Shown in pieces: positions 27,659 through 37,770 of a DNA stretch of 64,000 nt. How positions within the stretch are numbered: the first letter of the stretch is position 1; every line of letters begins with the position of its first letter. Under the pieces are notes generated by a model. It saw nothing but the letters and a program-made list of their open reading frames with translations, was not told the DNA's origin and made no database searches. The DNA is taken from positions 384,427 through 448,426 of the forward strand of contig CP011210.1 in the NCBI GenBank assembly GCA_001029675.1. Direction: 5' to 3'. Source of the stretch: Candidatus Beckwithbacteria bacterium GW2011_GWC1_49_16. Lineage in GTDB: Bacteria > Patescibacteriota > Microgenomatia > UBA1400 > CG1-02-47-37. Made by a program: the position numbers and the translations under genes.

Positions 27659-27710
27659 CCTTGTTCACTAACTTTGGTTTACCAAGTGGTGAGCGAAGCG
27701 AACTTTACTT

Positions 27711-27783
27711 GGTGACCGTAGCTCAATGGTAGAGCGCCTGCCTGTGGAGCAGGAGGTCGCGGGTTCGACTCCCGTCGGTCACC
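27711..27783 (+). tRNA. tRNA-His(GTG)
   Basis: G-1 present, anticodon loop CTGTGGA. Confidence 0.95.
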
Positions 27784-27861
27784 CATCGTTTTTTCTCAAG
27801 AGATTTTCTAATCCATTAGGTCGGCTCGAACCTGTTGCTCAAGGAATGGTAGAATTGCTTT

Positions 27862-28272
27862 ATGAAGATTTATTTTGCTGGATCGATTCGTGGCGGTGAG
27901 GGAAATAAAGCTTTGTTTAAGCAAATTATTGATCAATTAAGAAAATATGGAGAAGTTGTTGGTGGCGAACATGCTGATGAAGTAATTCTTTCTAACTTAA
28001 AAGGGGGTCTAGGGGATGAGCATATATATAATCGTGATAGTAAGCGCCTTGATGGAGCAGACGTTTTAGTAGCAGAAGTTACCACTCCTAGCTTAGGTGT
28101 TGGTTATGAAATTGGCATTGCAACGCAACAAAACAAGAAAATTTTGACTCTATTTAAAGAGGATAAAGATAAAAAACTTTCAGCCATGATCAGCGGCTCG
28201 CCAAAATTAACTAACAAAACCTACAATACTTTTGAAGATATTAAAAAAATTCTTGAAGATTTCCTCTCATAA
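27862..28272 (+). CDS. Nucleoside 2-deoxyribosyltransferase / DNPH1-like hydrolase
   Basis: KIYFAGSIRGG, AEVTTPSLGVGYEIG, LSAMI.G. Confidence 0.9.
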   Translation: MKIYFAGSIRGGEGNKALFKQIIDQLRKYGEVVGGEHADEVILSNLKGGLGDEHIYNRDSKRLDGADVLVAEVTTPSLGVGYEIGIATQQNKKILTLFKEDKDKKLSAMISGSPKLTNKTYNTFEDIKKILEDFLS

Positions 28273-28381
28273 ACTTTCGGAATAGGTTCCAATGTCCCTT
28301 CAGACCTGCCTGCCAGCAAATGCTAGAGCATTAGCTCTTGCAGGTTGGATAGCTTTTGCAGGCGGGTCACCCAGCGGTTTT

Positions 28382-28550
28382 TTATTCAACTTCTAGTATT
28401 TTGTAGGTGATGGTACCGTTGGGAGTATTGATTTTGAAGTGATGTGAGAGTCAAAGCCGGCCTGCCCATTTTTTTTGACTGAAGGTATTTTTCTTTGGTA
28501 AGCTGGGTTGGTTTTAGCGGAGTAAATTTGGCCAGAGTTGACGAGTTTAC
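28382..28550 (-). pseudogene. GreA/GreB-like C-terminal remnant
   Basis: Minus strand ends HFKINTPNGTITYKILEVE-stop; no intact upstream ORF; 5' limit approximate. Confidence 0.4.
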
Positions 28551-28619
28551 TGGGAAATTTTACTTAAGAAAATTGTAAAGGTTATTGTAAAGTTAATGGT
28601 AAAGGTCAGAAGTGGGAAT

Positions 28620-29768
28620 CTACGGGACCAAGGAGATGGCGACGCCTTTTTTGTCGGCCCGGGCGGTGCGGCCGATGCGGTGGATATAATCATCTTCTGT
28701 TTCGGGCAAGTCAAAATTAATCACGTGGGTAACGCCCTCAATATCTAAACCCCTTTGGGCGACGTCGGTGGCCAAAAGCACCTTGACGCCACCGGTTTTA
28801 AATTGGGCTAAAGCCCGTTGGCGCTGATTTTGGCTTTTATTGCCGTGGATGGCGGTGGCTTTAAGGCCTTTTTGGATTAAGGCTTGCGCCAGTTTTTCCA
28901 TGCCCCACTTAGTGCGGCCAAAGACCAGCACCCGGTCAAAACCCGGTTTGGTTAACAGCTCGCAAAGCACGTCGATTTTGTTTCTGCCGCTAACTTTGAC
29001 AACTTCTTGGTCAACGTTGTCGGCGATATCCCCTCTTTTAACCGAAATGATCACCGGGTTTCTTAAAAAGCCGGCCATGAGCTGCCTGACTTTGCCTTCG
29101 ACGGTGGCGGAAAAAAACAGAGACTGTCTCACTTTGGGCAAAAGCGAAATTAGCTGCTTGACGTCGTTTATAAAGCCCATGTCCAGCATCCGGTCCACCT
29201 CGTCAAGGACGATGGTGGTAAAACCGGTTAAATCTAAAATCCGTCTTTTTACCAAATCTTTTAACCGGCCGGGAGTGCCGATGACAAAAGGCGGTTTTTG
29301 ACGCAAGCGGCTGATTTGGCGGTTTATCCCGGCGCCGCCGATACAAAGCGCCGAATAAAGGTTAAGGCTGGCGGCAAGTTCAATAAATTCCGCCTCGATT
29401 TGTGCCGCCAGTTCCCTGGTGGGGGTGATGACCAAGACTTTCTCGCGGCGATTTTTGGCGGCTTTGTCGATTAGAGGAATTAAAAAAGCTGCGGTTTTGC
29501 CCGTGCCGGTGTTGGCAACACCGACCACGTCTTTACCGGAAGAAACCAGTGGGATCACTTGGTCCTGGATCGGCGTGGGGATTAAATACCCTTTGGCCTT
29601 AGCGTTTGCTTTAACCTGATTTGAAACCGGAAAGTCGGCGAAATCATTTTTAATGGCCACGACGTCCAGCTTTGATTGGCTCTTGGTTTTTTGAATGAAC
29701 CAGGACGGATTAAATGATCGGGGTTGCCTTCTTACCCGGAAGGAGCGGTGGTGGGGACGACGGAACAT
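28620..29768 (-). CDS. DEAD/DEAH-box RNA helicase
   Basis: PTPIQ, TGTGKT, PTRELA, TPGRL, DEVD, SAT, HRIGRT. Confidence 0.95.
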   Translation of the reverse strand: MFRRPHHRSFRVRRQPRSFNPSWFIQKTKSQSKLDVVAIKNDFADFPVSNQVKANAKAKGYLIPTPIQDQVIPLVSSGKDVVGVANTGTGKTAAFLIPLIDKAAKNRREKVLVITPTRELAAQIEAEFIELAASLNLYSALCIGGAGINRQISRLRQKPPFVIGTPGRLKDLVKRRILDLTGFTTIVLDEVDRMLDMGFINDVKQLISLLPKVRQSLFFSATVEGKVRQLMAGFLRNPVIISVKRGDIADNVDQEVVKVSGRNKIDVLCELLTKPGFDRVLVFGRTKWGMEKLAQALIQKGLKATAIHGNKSQNQRQRALAQFKTGGVKVLLATDVAQRGLDIEGVTHVINFDLPETEDDYIHRIGRTARADKKGVAISLVP

Positions 29769-29772
29769 AGGA

Positions 29773-30270
29773 TTAGGAGTTGGTTTTTAGGCTGGCTTTT
29801 AGACCCGACAGAAGCTGTAATTTGGCTCGTTCCGGTGAAGTGCGGTTAACGGCGGCGATTTCCTCCGCGGTCTGAAGCAGGACCCGCTGGAAAATGTTTG
29901 ACTTGCCTGTCGCCAGGGTATCTGACCTTTCTTGCTTTTCCAGCCAGAGGGTTTTTAACACCCAGAGAGCGTCGGTGAGCCGGTTACGGTTTAAGGCTGT
30001 ATCGGAGTCGAAAGCGGGGCAGCGGTCTTTGGCGATGGATTTTTTGATGATTAAATTAAGCAAATCTTTGAGTTTGGTTTTAGAGACCAGGCGGCGGACG
30101 TGGCCCTGGCTAACGCTTTTTTGTTTTAGGGTAAAAGTGAGGCCGTGGCTGGATTGGGAATTGAAAAATGGGCGGAGGCTGACAGCGTCTTTTTTAATTT
30201 GAAAGACTTTTAAGACTTTGCCATAGCGGACAACTAAGTCGCCGACTGTTAAATTTAATTTACTTATCAT
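29773..30270 (-). CDS. CarD-like protein, divergent
   Basis: VGDLVV.YG N-terminus, VRRLVS and a helical C-terminus with EEIA. Confidence 0.5.
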   Translation of the reverse strand: MISKLNLTVGDLVVRYGKVLKVFQIKKDAVSLRPFFNSQSSHGLTFTLKQKSVSQGHVRRLVSKTKLKDLLNLIIKKSIAKDRCPAFDSDTALNRNRLTDALWVLKTLWLEKQERSDTLATGKSNIFQRVLLQTAEEIAAVNRTSPERAKLQLLSGLKASLKTNS

Positions 30271-30324
30271 ACCCTATCCTTTGACCGTCCTCATTGAGAA
30301 GAAGATAGTTAATTATAGCACAAC

Positions 30325-31197
30325 TTAAGGCTTGCGGGTGGTTTTGCCGGGCCAGTGACCGCCAGTGGCAAAATAAACTACATTGCAGTAGAGTTTTCTT
30401 AACGAGTGGTAGACAATGCCGTCTTGATGAATAATTCTTCTGTTTGAGGTGATGACGCTGGCGTCGACTCTTTTATCTTGGCCATTGTTGAGGATACGTT
30501 TCATTAAGTCGATATCTTCTCCGGTGTGAAGAGTGGTGTTATAGCCGTTTTCTTTTAGGGCAACTGACTTGATAAATCCGGAGTTGCCACCACCGATACC
30601 AATTTTTAATTCTTCGGGTTTGGTTTTTTGCACCTGGAAGGCGGCCCGTTTGTAGATTTCATATAGAAACCATTTAACTAAGTCATCTTTAAAGTCGCAT
30701 TCATATGAAATTGGGCCGTGGGTGAAAACAGTCTGGTTGGCGGTATCGGCGAGTTCTTTAAGGTGGGGGGAAAGCCAGTTTTCAGAAACGACAGTATCGG
30801 CGTCTGTGGTGAGGATGAACCGGGTTGACGGTTCCACAGCGTATAGACCGGCTTGGCGGGCCCAGGCGACGCCTTTTTTTGGTTGTGAAACTACTTTGGT
30901 TCCGAATGCATGGGCGATCTCCGGAGTAGCATCGGCGGAAGCGTTGTCGACGACAATAACTGATAATGAAGTTTGAGAGAAAGTAAGAGCTTGGTTGATA
31001 GCGGCTAAAGCCCGAGGTAAAAGGATCGACTCGTTGTGCGCCGGAATGATGATGGCCGCCTCTGGGTTGGGGGCGTGGTTGACGGTTTTGATGTTTTGGC
31101 TGTTTTGATTATAAAAATCTACCTTGGCTTCGGAATCGGGAGCAGGGTTTTTTTGGTGAAGTTGTTGATAATTTTGCCACAAAGCTTTTTCTCTCAT
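30325..31197 (-). CDS. Glycosyltransferase family 2
   Basis: IIPAHNE, VVDNASAD, TDAD, GED. Confidence 0.9.
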   Translation of the reverse strand: MREKALWQNYQQLHQKNPAPDSEAKVDFYNQNSQNIKTVNHAPNPEAAIIIPAHNESILLPRALAAINQALTFSQTSLSVIVVDNASADATPEIAHAFGTKVVSQPKKGVAWARQAGLYAVEPSTRFILTTDADTVVSENWLSPHLKELADTANQTVFTHGPISYECDFKDDLVKWFLYEIYKRAAFQVQKTKPEELKIGIGGGNSGFIKSVALKENGYNTTLHTGEDIDLMKRILNNGQDKRVDASVITSNRRIIHQDGIVYHSLRKLYCNVVYFATGGHWPGKTTRKP

Positions 31198-31241
31198 AAG
31201 ACTATATTATAAGATATGAAGGCAAGTTTGGGGTTACTAGG

Positions 31242-31607
31242 TTAAGCCACAACTTTTTCGACTTCGTCGGGGATTTGGGGTTTGGCGTCTTCGGTCCAGG
31301 TGAGCCATAATAAAAGGCTGTCTCTTAGTTCTCTTAGGCGATTAATTTCTTTGAGCATTTTTTCGGCGGCGGGCAAGGATTTTTCCTGGGCAGCGAGCTC
31401 ATAAAAAACTTTAACCAGTTGGTCGAGGCGGTTGGACAAGGCCTGATAAACCGCTAAAATCCGGCCCTGGCGGGATCTTTTTCGGTAAGTTGCGTGTTGG
31501 GAAAGAGTGGTCCACTCGCCGGCGGCGATTTCTTGGTTTAAGTCCGATTGATCTTGAGGCGACTCCTGGCTGGTTTGGCTTTCCTGGGTTGACTCCGGCT
31601 GGTCCAT
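31242..31607 (-). CDS. Hypothetical protein
   Basis: 121-aa ORF with a QES-repeat N-terminus. Confidence 0.65.
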   Translation of the reverse strand: MDQPESTQESQTSQESPQDQSDLNQEIAAGEWTTLSQHATYRKRSRQGRILAVYQALSNRLDQLVKVFYELAAQEKSLPAAEKMLKEINRLRELRDSLLLWLTWTEDAKPQIPDEVEKVVA

Positions 31608-31652
31608 TAATTGATCCTACAAGTATTTCAGTATTTGGAGTTAGCTTAACGG

Positions 31653-32402
31653 TTATACATTAGTTGGTACTAGAGTCCTGGCGTCAAAAACATAGCCTTC
31701 AATTACTAGGCCGGCGCCTGGTTTGTCTTTTAAATTAACTTGTCTGCAAATGGCCCAACCGAAAGTGCAGTCAGTTTCTTTACCCCCGATATAGGCGACT
31801 TCTTTTTCTAGATTTACTTTGTCATCCAGCCAATTGTCGTATCTAGTTAAGACGGGAATTCCAATAACTTTTTCTCCAGGCTTAATATAACGGTCGTTGC
31901 CGAAGTTGTCTAAGGTGTGTCTAGATTTTGTGTTGGGAGCCTCCCAGGCTCCAACGCCTGAAAGTCCTTCAAGGGGGGTTATCTCGAAAGCCCGAGGATA
32001 AAGAATTTCACCAAATTGTCTGTTAAGCTTAGTGTTTTCATCGGTGTTAAGGCGAGTCGGTCGGTCGAGAAGCAAATCGACAACCGCTGGCGCTCGATTT
32101 TTGTTACTGCGAGCATAAAGACGCCAAAGGCGTCTTTTATGCTCAGGGACATTATCTGGGACAAGATCGTTATATTGAATTATGAATTGACCATTTTCTA
32201 ACATTAAAGTAGTACCGTCTTCCAGCGGGAGAATGTGGGTTTCTTTTTCTGTTTCACCGGTTTTATCTTTTGAAGCGAGGGCGTGAATAGCGGCCTTTCC
32301 CAATACGGCAGCTCCTCCTATGGCTGCGACCAACTTCAGGACGTTGAGAAAATCTTTTCTGTCTACGGTTGTATTTTCAGGAGAAACAACGCCAGTTCCC
32401 AT
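31653..32402 (-). CDS. Hypothetical exported/membrane-anchored protein
   Basis: DRKDFL (Tat-like) followed by a hydrophobic helix. Confidence 0.65.
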   Translation of the reverse strand: MGTGVVSPENTTVDRKDFLNVLKLVAAIGGAAVLGKAAIHALASKDKTGETEKETHILPLEDGTTLMLENGQFIIQYNDLVPDNVPEHKRRLWRLYARSNKNRAPAVVDLLLDRPTRLNTDENTKLNRQFGEILYPRAFEITPLEGLSGVGAWEAPNTKSRHTLDNFGNDRYIKPGEKVIGIPVLTRYDNWLDDKVNLEKEVAYIGGKETDCTFGWAICRQVNLKDKPGAGLVIEGYVFDARTLVPTNV

Positions 32403-32457
32403 AGACTAATTATGCCATTGTTATAGGTAAAAAATCAAATTTGCTATACTGCGTAAG

Positions 32458-33567
32458 ATGAAACAGTATTTTAAATACCAGGGAGGTAAGCTACCCTTGC
32501 CGGTGTTTTTTCCGGACGCGACCCGGGCGGTGGTGCGGACGGTGGACAGCCAGGATATCAAAGCGACCGGTACTCCCGGAGTTTTGGTCAACACCTATCA
32601 CCTTTACCTAGATCTGGGCAGAAAAATTTTGGAGCGCTTCGGGGGCATCAGGGAATTTATGGGTTGGAAGGGGGCGGTGATTTCTGACTCGGGCGGGTTT
32701 CAGGTAATGAGTTTAGCCAAACGGGCCGGCAAGCGGGGCGGGGTGACCGACAAGGGAGTCAAGTTTAAGTTGTCGGGAAAAAAGACGCTGGAATTGACGC
32801 CGGAGACTTCGATCGAGTTTCAGATGGCCTTAAAGCCTGACATGGCGGTTGTTTTGGATGATTTTACCTTGCCTAATTCTACTCGCAGTCAGGCGGAAGA
32901 GTCGGTGGAAAGAACTATCCTTTGGGCCGAAAGAAGCAAAAAGAAATTTGAGGAAATTTGCGACCAGCAAGGGCTGACCGAGGGTAAAAGGCCTTACCTT
33001 TTAGCTGTAGTCCAAGGGGGTGAAAATTTGAAGTTGAGGCGCCTCTGCGCCGAACGCTTAGCGGAAATTGGTTTTGACGGTTACGGCTACGGCGGCTGGC
33101 CGATTTTGGACAACGGCGAGTTTAACTATGACGTCGCCCGCACCATTGCCCGATTTACTCCCAAGGAGAGTTTTCTTTACGGTTTGGGAATTGGTAAGCC
33201 GGAAGAGGTTGTCAATCTGGTGGACATGGGCTTTCAGATTTTTGATTGTGTCTTGCCCACCCGCGACGCCAGGCACAAGAGGCTTTATGTTTTTGATTCC
33301 GCTTCAATTAATCAAATTGACGTTAGAGCAGATAATTTTTATGAATTCTTTTCGCCGCAAAAGCAGATTCATTACGTTGACGACTCCCCTATCAGTTTGG
33401 CTTGTGATTGTCTTTTGTGTAAAAACTACTCCCGGGCATATCTTAACCATCTTTTTCGCATCGAGGAGCTGACGGCGTTGCGGCTGGCCACAATTCACAA
33501 CTTGAGGTTTTACTCGATACTGATGGAGAAATTGCGACCTACAGGATCTGATCCCGTAGGTGTTTGA
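32458..33567 (+). CDS. tgt: tRNA-guanine transglycosylase
   Basis: NTYHL, DSGGFQ, VQGG, FDCVLPTR, CDC..C Zn site, TIHNL. Confidence 0.93.
   Translation: MKQYFKYQGGKLPLPVFFPDATRAVVRTVDSQDIKATGTPGVLVNTYHLYLDLGRKILERFGGIREFMGWKGAVISDSGGFQVMSLAKRAGKRGGVTDKGVKFKLSGKKTLELTPETSIEFQMALKPDMAVVLDDFTLPNSTRSQAEESVERTILWAERSKKKFEEICDQQGLTEGKRPYLLAVVQGGENLKLRRLCAERLAEIGFDGYGYGGWPILDNGEFNYDVARTIARFTPKESFLYGLGIGKPEEVVNLVDMGFQIFDCVLPTRDARHKRLYVFDSASINQIDVRADNFYEFFSPQKQIHYVDDSPISLACDCLLCKNYSRAYLNHLFRIEELTALRLATIHNLRFYSILMEKLRPTGSDPVGV
33537..33561. repeat. REP-like palindrome related to the RAYT-flanking repeats
   Basis: ACCTACAGGATCTGATCCCGTAGGT; 33537-33556 = rc of 60418-60437. Confidence 0.8.
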
Positions 33568-34849
33568 GGCGGAGGTGGTGGTGGAGGCGGCGGGCGAAGC
33601 GGTGGGACTCGTTTCTTAAGTGCTGGATTAATTTTAAGGCTTGGTTGGCGCGGCCTATTTCGGCTTGGTGGAAGGTGGCATGATCTCGTGAGGGAATGAG
33701 TAAGCGGTCGGGGTGTTTGACGATGGCGATGACCGGGGTCGACCAAGGGACAACTTTGAGGGCGGATTTGAGTTGGGTTTTGCCGCCGTCGATGACGATT
33801 AAGTCAGGGGCGGGCCAGTCAGAATGTTTGGCACGGCGCGAGAGGATTTCTTTTAACATTTGCGGATCGTTGGGGGTAGCCAGAGTTTTAATTTTGAAGT
33901 GGCGGTAGAGGTTCGGTTGGGGCAGACCCTTGACAAACACCACCATGGAGCCGGTGGCGTCTTTTCCCGAGATATTGCTGATGTCGTAGGCCTCGATGCG
34001 GTTTAACGGGTAGGTGGAGGGTAGGTTTTGGTAGCGGCGCAAGATACGGCGAAGCTCAAGAAGTTTTTCTTTGGTGGTGTCTTCGATTAATCGCGGCAGT
34101 TCGAGCTCGGGGCGGGCGGGGAGACGACGGAGGTTTTCGAGAAGTTCAATCTGGTCGCGAACCTTGGCGGCGGCTTCGAATTTTTCTGAAGCGGAAAGAA
34201 GCCGCATGCGTTTTTTGAGCCGGGTGATAACTCTTGCCTTTTTCCCCCGTAAAAAAAGTTTTAAGTTAACCAGGTTTTTTTGGTAGTCGTTTGGGGAGAT
34301 CTTACCGCAGCAGGCGCCGGGACAAAGACCTAAGTGAAAGTAAAAGCAAGCATGCTTATTTTTGGCGGGAGGTTGGGCTTGGTTGCAGAAGGGAAAGATG
34401 CGGCGGACAAACCTTAATACTTGTCCGGCCTTGTAGCCAGAAGGATAAGGACCATAACAATTTCTAATTTCTAATTTCGAATTTCTAATTTGGTTTTTGC
34501 GGGCGGTCAAGACCGCCGGATAGACGTCTTTGGTGATGACAATATATAAGGGAGATTTGTCGTCTTTTAAAAGGACGTTGAAGCGGGGCTGGTGGAGTTT
34601 TACCAGTTCGGCCTCAACAAGCAAGGCTTCAAACTCGGAGTCGGCGGCTTGCCACTTAACCGTTTGGGCGGCGGCGAGCATTTGCCGGGTTTTGGCGTCA
34701 GCGGCAGTCAGGTGCCGGTAGCTAGATAATCTAGCTTTCAAGTTTTTGGCCTTGCCGACGTAGAGGACTTGGCCCGAGCGGTCGGTAAACCAATAGACGC
34801 CGGGGGCTTTGGGAGTGGCTTTGAGGGAAGCGGTTATTTTTGAGTTCAT
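33539..34849 (-). CDS. uvrC: UvrC (short form without C-terminal HhH)
   Basis: PGVY..YVGKAKNL, Cys cluster, FEAAA..RD, IEAYDISN, IDGGK. Confidence 0.9.
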   Translation of the reverse strand: MNSKITASLKATPKAPGVYWFTDRSGQVLYVGKAKNLKARLSSYRHLTAADAKTRQMLAAAQTVKWQAADSEFEALLVEAELVKLHQPRFNVLLKDDKSPLYIVITKDVYPAVLTARKNQIRNSKLEIRNCYGPYPSGYKAGQVLRFVRRIFPFCNQAQPPAKNKHACFYFHLGLCPGACCGKISPNDYQKNLVNLKLFLRGKKARVITRLKKRMRLLSASEKFEAAAKVRDQIELLENLRRLPARPELELPRLIEDTTKEKLLELRRILRRYQNLPSTYPLNRIEAYDISNISGKDATGSMVVFVKGLPQPNLYRHFKIKTLATPNDPQMLKEILSRRAKHSDWPAPDLIVIDGGKTQLKSALKVVPWSTPVIAIVKHPDRLLIPSRDHATFHQAEIGRANQALKLIQHLRNESHRFARRLHHHLRLKHLRDQIL

Positions 34850-37770
34850 AGAATCTTTTTTAAAAAGTGGCCGGTGTAGGAGGTGGTGATTTTGGCTAGC
34901 TGTTGCGGGGTGCCGGTGGCGACCACCTGGCCGCCCGCCTCTCCCCCTTCGGGGCCAAGGTCAATCACCCAGTCGGCGTTTTTAACCACATCCAGATTAT
35001 GCTCGATGACCACCACGGTGTTGTTTTGATTAACCAGTTGTTTTAAAACAAAAAGCAGTTTCTTTAAATCTTCAAAGTGGAGGCCGGTGGTAGGCTCATC
35101 CAGAAGATAAAGCGTATGCCCCTGGCTTTTGACGGACAGTTCTTTGGCCAGTTTGACCCTTTGGGCTTCGCCGCCGGAAAGCGTCGGAGCCGGTTGCCCC
35201 AACTCGATGTAGCCCAGGCCGACGTCTTTGAGAGTTTTTAATTTGAGATGTAAAGCCTGGTGACTGGGGAAAAATTCCAAGGCTTCGTCGACGGTCAAGT
35301 GAAGAATTTGAGAGATGTCTTGGTCGTGGTATTTTACCGCCAGCGTCTGCTGGTTGTAGCGGGCGCCGTGGCAGACTTCGCAGGTGATGTAGACGTCGGG
35401 CATGAACTGCATTTCGATTTTGACTTGGCCTTCGCCCTGGCAGGACTCGCAGCGGCCGCCCTTGACGTTAAAAGAAAACCGTCCCGGTTTGAAACCGGCC
35501 ACTTTGGCGTCGCGAGTCAGGCTAAAAAGGGTTCTGATATGATCAAAGGCTTTGGTGTAGGTAGCGGGATTGCTTCTGGGGGTGCGGCCGATAGGACTTT
35601 GATCAATTAAAGACACTCGGGTAAGGTGTTCGAGGCCGGAAAGATGGTGGTAGTTTTGCGGAGTGGGGCTGTGAGGTGATTTGAGGTTGTCTTTAACTGC
35701 CGGGTAGAGAGTGTCGTGGATTAAGCTCGACTTACCCGAACCGGAGACGCCGGTAATGACGATAAACTGGCTCAGAGGGAAATCGATTTTAATATTTTTA
35801 AGGTTGTTTTGGGTACAGCCGGCAAGGGTGAGCATTTTCTGGTTTTTTTCCAGGGGAAGCGAAGCGGGCAGAGACAGGGAAACTTTCTTTTTGCCGTTTA
35901 AGTATTTTCCGGTTAAAGACTTGGGGTTGGCGGCGACTTGTTTAGGAGTGCCGGCGGCGACCACTTCTCCGCCATGTTTACCGGCAAGCGGTCCAAAGTC
36001 GATCAGATAGTCGGCCGACTCAATGATCTCCCGGTCGTGTTCGACGACGATAACGCTGTTATCGAGGTCGCGCAGATTTTTGAGGGTAGTGATTAACCGC
36101 CGGTTATCTCGCTGGTGGAGGCCGATCGAGGGTTCGTCGAGGATGTATAAAACGCCGGTTAAACCGGTGCCGATTTGCGAGGCGAGCCTAATCCTTTGAG
36201 CCTCGCCGCCGGCAAGAGTGCCGGCTGCGCGCGACAAGGTGAGGTAGTCGAGGCCAACCGAGAGGAGGAATTTTAACCTGGTAGCTAGCTCTTTTAAAAT
36301 GAGCTGACCGATTTGGCGTTCTTTGTCCGACAAAGGGCTGCCTTTTTGGGTAAGATTGGCAATAAAGCTAAAGGTGTCTTTAATGGATAGTTTGGTCAAA
36401 TCGGCGATGTTTAAGTTGTCGATGCTGACCGATAAGGACTCGGGTTTGAGTCTGTCGCCATTACAGTCGGGGCAAGTTTCGAGACTCATAAACTTTTGCA
36501 TTTCGTTTCTGATAAAGTCGGACTGGGTTTCTTGGAAACGGCGCTCTAAGGCGGGGATGGCGCCTTCAAAGTCGGTATGGATAGTGGTGATTCTGCCAAA
36601 ACGGTTGGTGCCGGTGACCTCAAAAATCTCTTTGGTGCCATAAAGCAAGATGTGTTGGAGATCATCAGACAGGTTGTCCCAACGGGTTTGCGTATTCGCC
36701 CGGTGGGCGTGGACCACCTCTTTGACGGTGCGGGCTAACCAGGAATCGGCAGATAATTGTTTGGCAAAGGGAATGATCGCTCCTTCGGCAAGAGTGAGAC
36801 TTGGGGCGATGATTTTGTCGGGGTCGATTTTTTGTAAATGGCCTAAACCGCTACAGGTAGGGCAGGCACCGTGGGGTGAGTTGAAGGAGAAGATTCTCGG
36901 TTCGATTTCGGGTAGACTTAAGTTACAGTGGTGGCAGGCAAAGTGTTCGGAAAAAAGATGGTCGGTCAGCTTCTGGGGGTGGTCGGGAAAGTTTAACGAA
37001 GCGTCTTTAATCTCAACGGCCAAAGCCAACCCGTCGGACAATTTAAGGGCAGCTTCTAAGCTTTCCGAGAGGCGTTTTTTAAGTTTGTCCACCTCGCTAG
37101 CGTCTTTAGCTTGTTTTTTGGTGAAGCTTAAGCGCTCGACTACAGCGTCGATGGTGTGGCGGTTGGTTTTGATTAAAGCCGGCGGGCTGTCCAAGTCAAA
37201 AAACTTACCATCAATTCTCACTCTGACAAAACCCTTTTTGGCGAGATTATTGAAAAGCTGGCTAAATTCGCCTTTTTTGTCGCGGACCACTGGAGACAGG
37301 ATGATAAATCGAGAGGGTTTGGTGGCGGTGAGGCTAGTTAGAATCAAGTCTTTGACCAGGCCGGCGATTTGGTCGAGCGACTGCTTGGCAATCTCTCGGC
37401 CGCAGTTGGCGCAGTGGGGGTGGCCGATACGGGCGTAAAGTAGTCTTAAGTAATCATAGACTTCGGTGATGGTACCGACGGTTGATCGGGGGTTACTTGA
37501 GGTGGTTTTCTGATCGATGGCAATAGCCGGTGATAAGCCGTCGATCTGGTCGACGTCGGGCTTGGTCATCAGCCCTAAAAACTGCCGGGCATATGACGAT
37601 AATGATTCGACGTAGCGGCGTTGACCTTCGGCGTAGATGGTGTCAAAGGCCAAAGATGATTTACCCGACCCGGACAGCCCGGAGAAGACCACGAGCTTTC
37701 CTTTGGGAATTTTAACCGCGATGTTTTTGAGGTTGTGTTGGCGAGCGCCTTGGATAGCGATGTGGTTCAT
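34846..37770 (-). CDS. uvrA: Excinuclease ABC subunit A
   Basis: GARQHNLKN, two ABC domains, zinc fingers. Confidence 0.98.
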   Translation of the reverse strand: MNHIAIQGARQHNLKNIAVKIPKGKLVVFSGLSGSGKSSLAFDTIYAEGQRRYVESLSSYARQFLGLMTKPDVDQIDGLSPAIAIDQKTTSSNPRSTVGTITEVYDYLRLLYARIGHPHCANCGREIAKQSLDQIAGLVKDLILTSLTATKPSRFIILSPVVRDKKGEFSQLFNNLAKKGFVRVRIDGKFFDLDSPPALIKTNRHTIDAVVERLSFTKKQAKDASEVDKLKKRLSESLEAALKLSDGLALAVEIKDASLNFPDHPQKLTDHLFSEHFACHHCNLSLPEIEPRIFSFNSPHGACPTCSGLGHLQKIDPDKIIAPSLTLAEGAIIPFAKQLSADSWLARTVKEVVHAHRANTQTRWDNLSDDLQHILLYGTKEIFEVTGTNRFGRITTIHTDFEGAIPALERRFQETQSDFIRNEMQKFMSLETCPDCNGDRLKPESLSVSIDNLNIADLTKLSIKDTFSFIANLTQKGSPLSDKERQIGQLILKELATRLKFLLSVGLDYLTLSRAAGTLAGGEAQRIRLASQIGTGLTGVLYILDEPSIGLHQRDNRRLITTLKNLRDLDNSVIVVEHDREIIESADYLIDFGPLAGKHGGEVVAAGTPKQVAANPKSLTGKYLNGKKKVSLSLPASLPLEKNQKMLTLAGCTQNNLKNIKIDFPLSQFIVITGVSGSGKSSLIHDTLYPAVKDNLKSPHSPTPQNYHHLSGLEHLTRVSLIDQSPIGRTPRSNPATYTKAFDHIRTLFSLTRDAKVAGFKPGRFSFNVKGGRCESCQGEGQVKIEMQFMPDVYITCEVCHGARYNQQTLAVKYHDQDISQILHLTVDEALEFFPSHQALHLKLKTLKDVGLGYIELGQPAPTLSGGEAQRVKLAKELSVKSQGHTLYLLDEPTTGLHFEDLKKLLFVLKQLVNQNNTVVVIEHNLDVVKNADWVIDLGPEGGEAGGQVVATGTPQQLAKITTSYTGHFLKKIL

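Noticed and set aside
33566-33600. GGCGGAGGTGGTGGTGGAGGCGGCGG tract (poly-Pro shadow ORF)
   Set aside because: It is simply the uvrC codons for ARRLHHHLRL.
36323-37438. Long antisense ORFs opposite uvrA and other housekeeping genes
   Set aside because: Expected from codon bias on the non-coding strand; no motifs or start signals.
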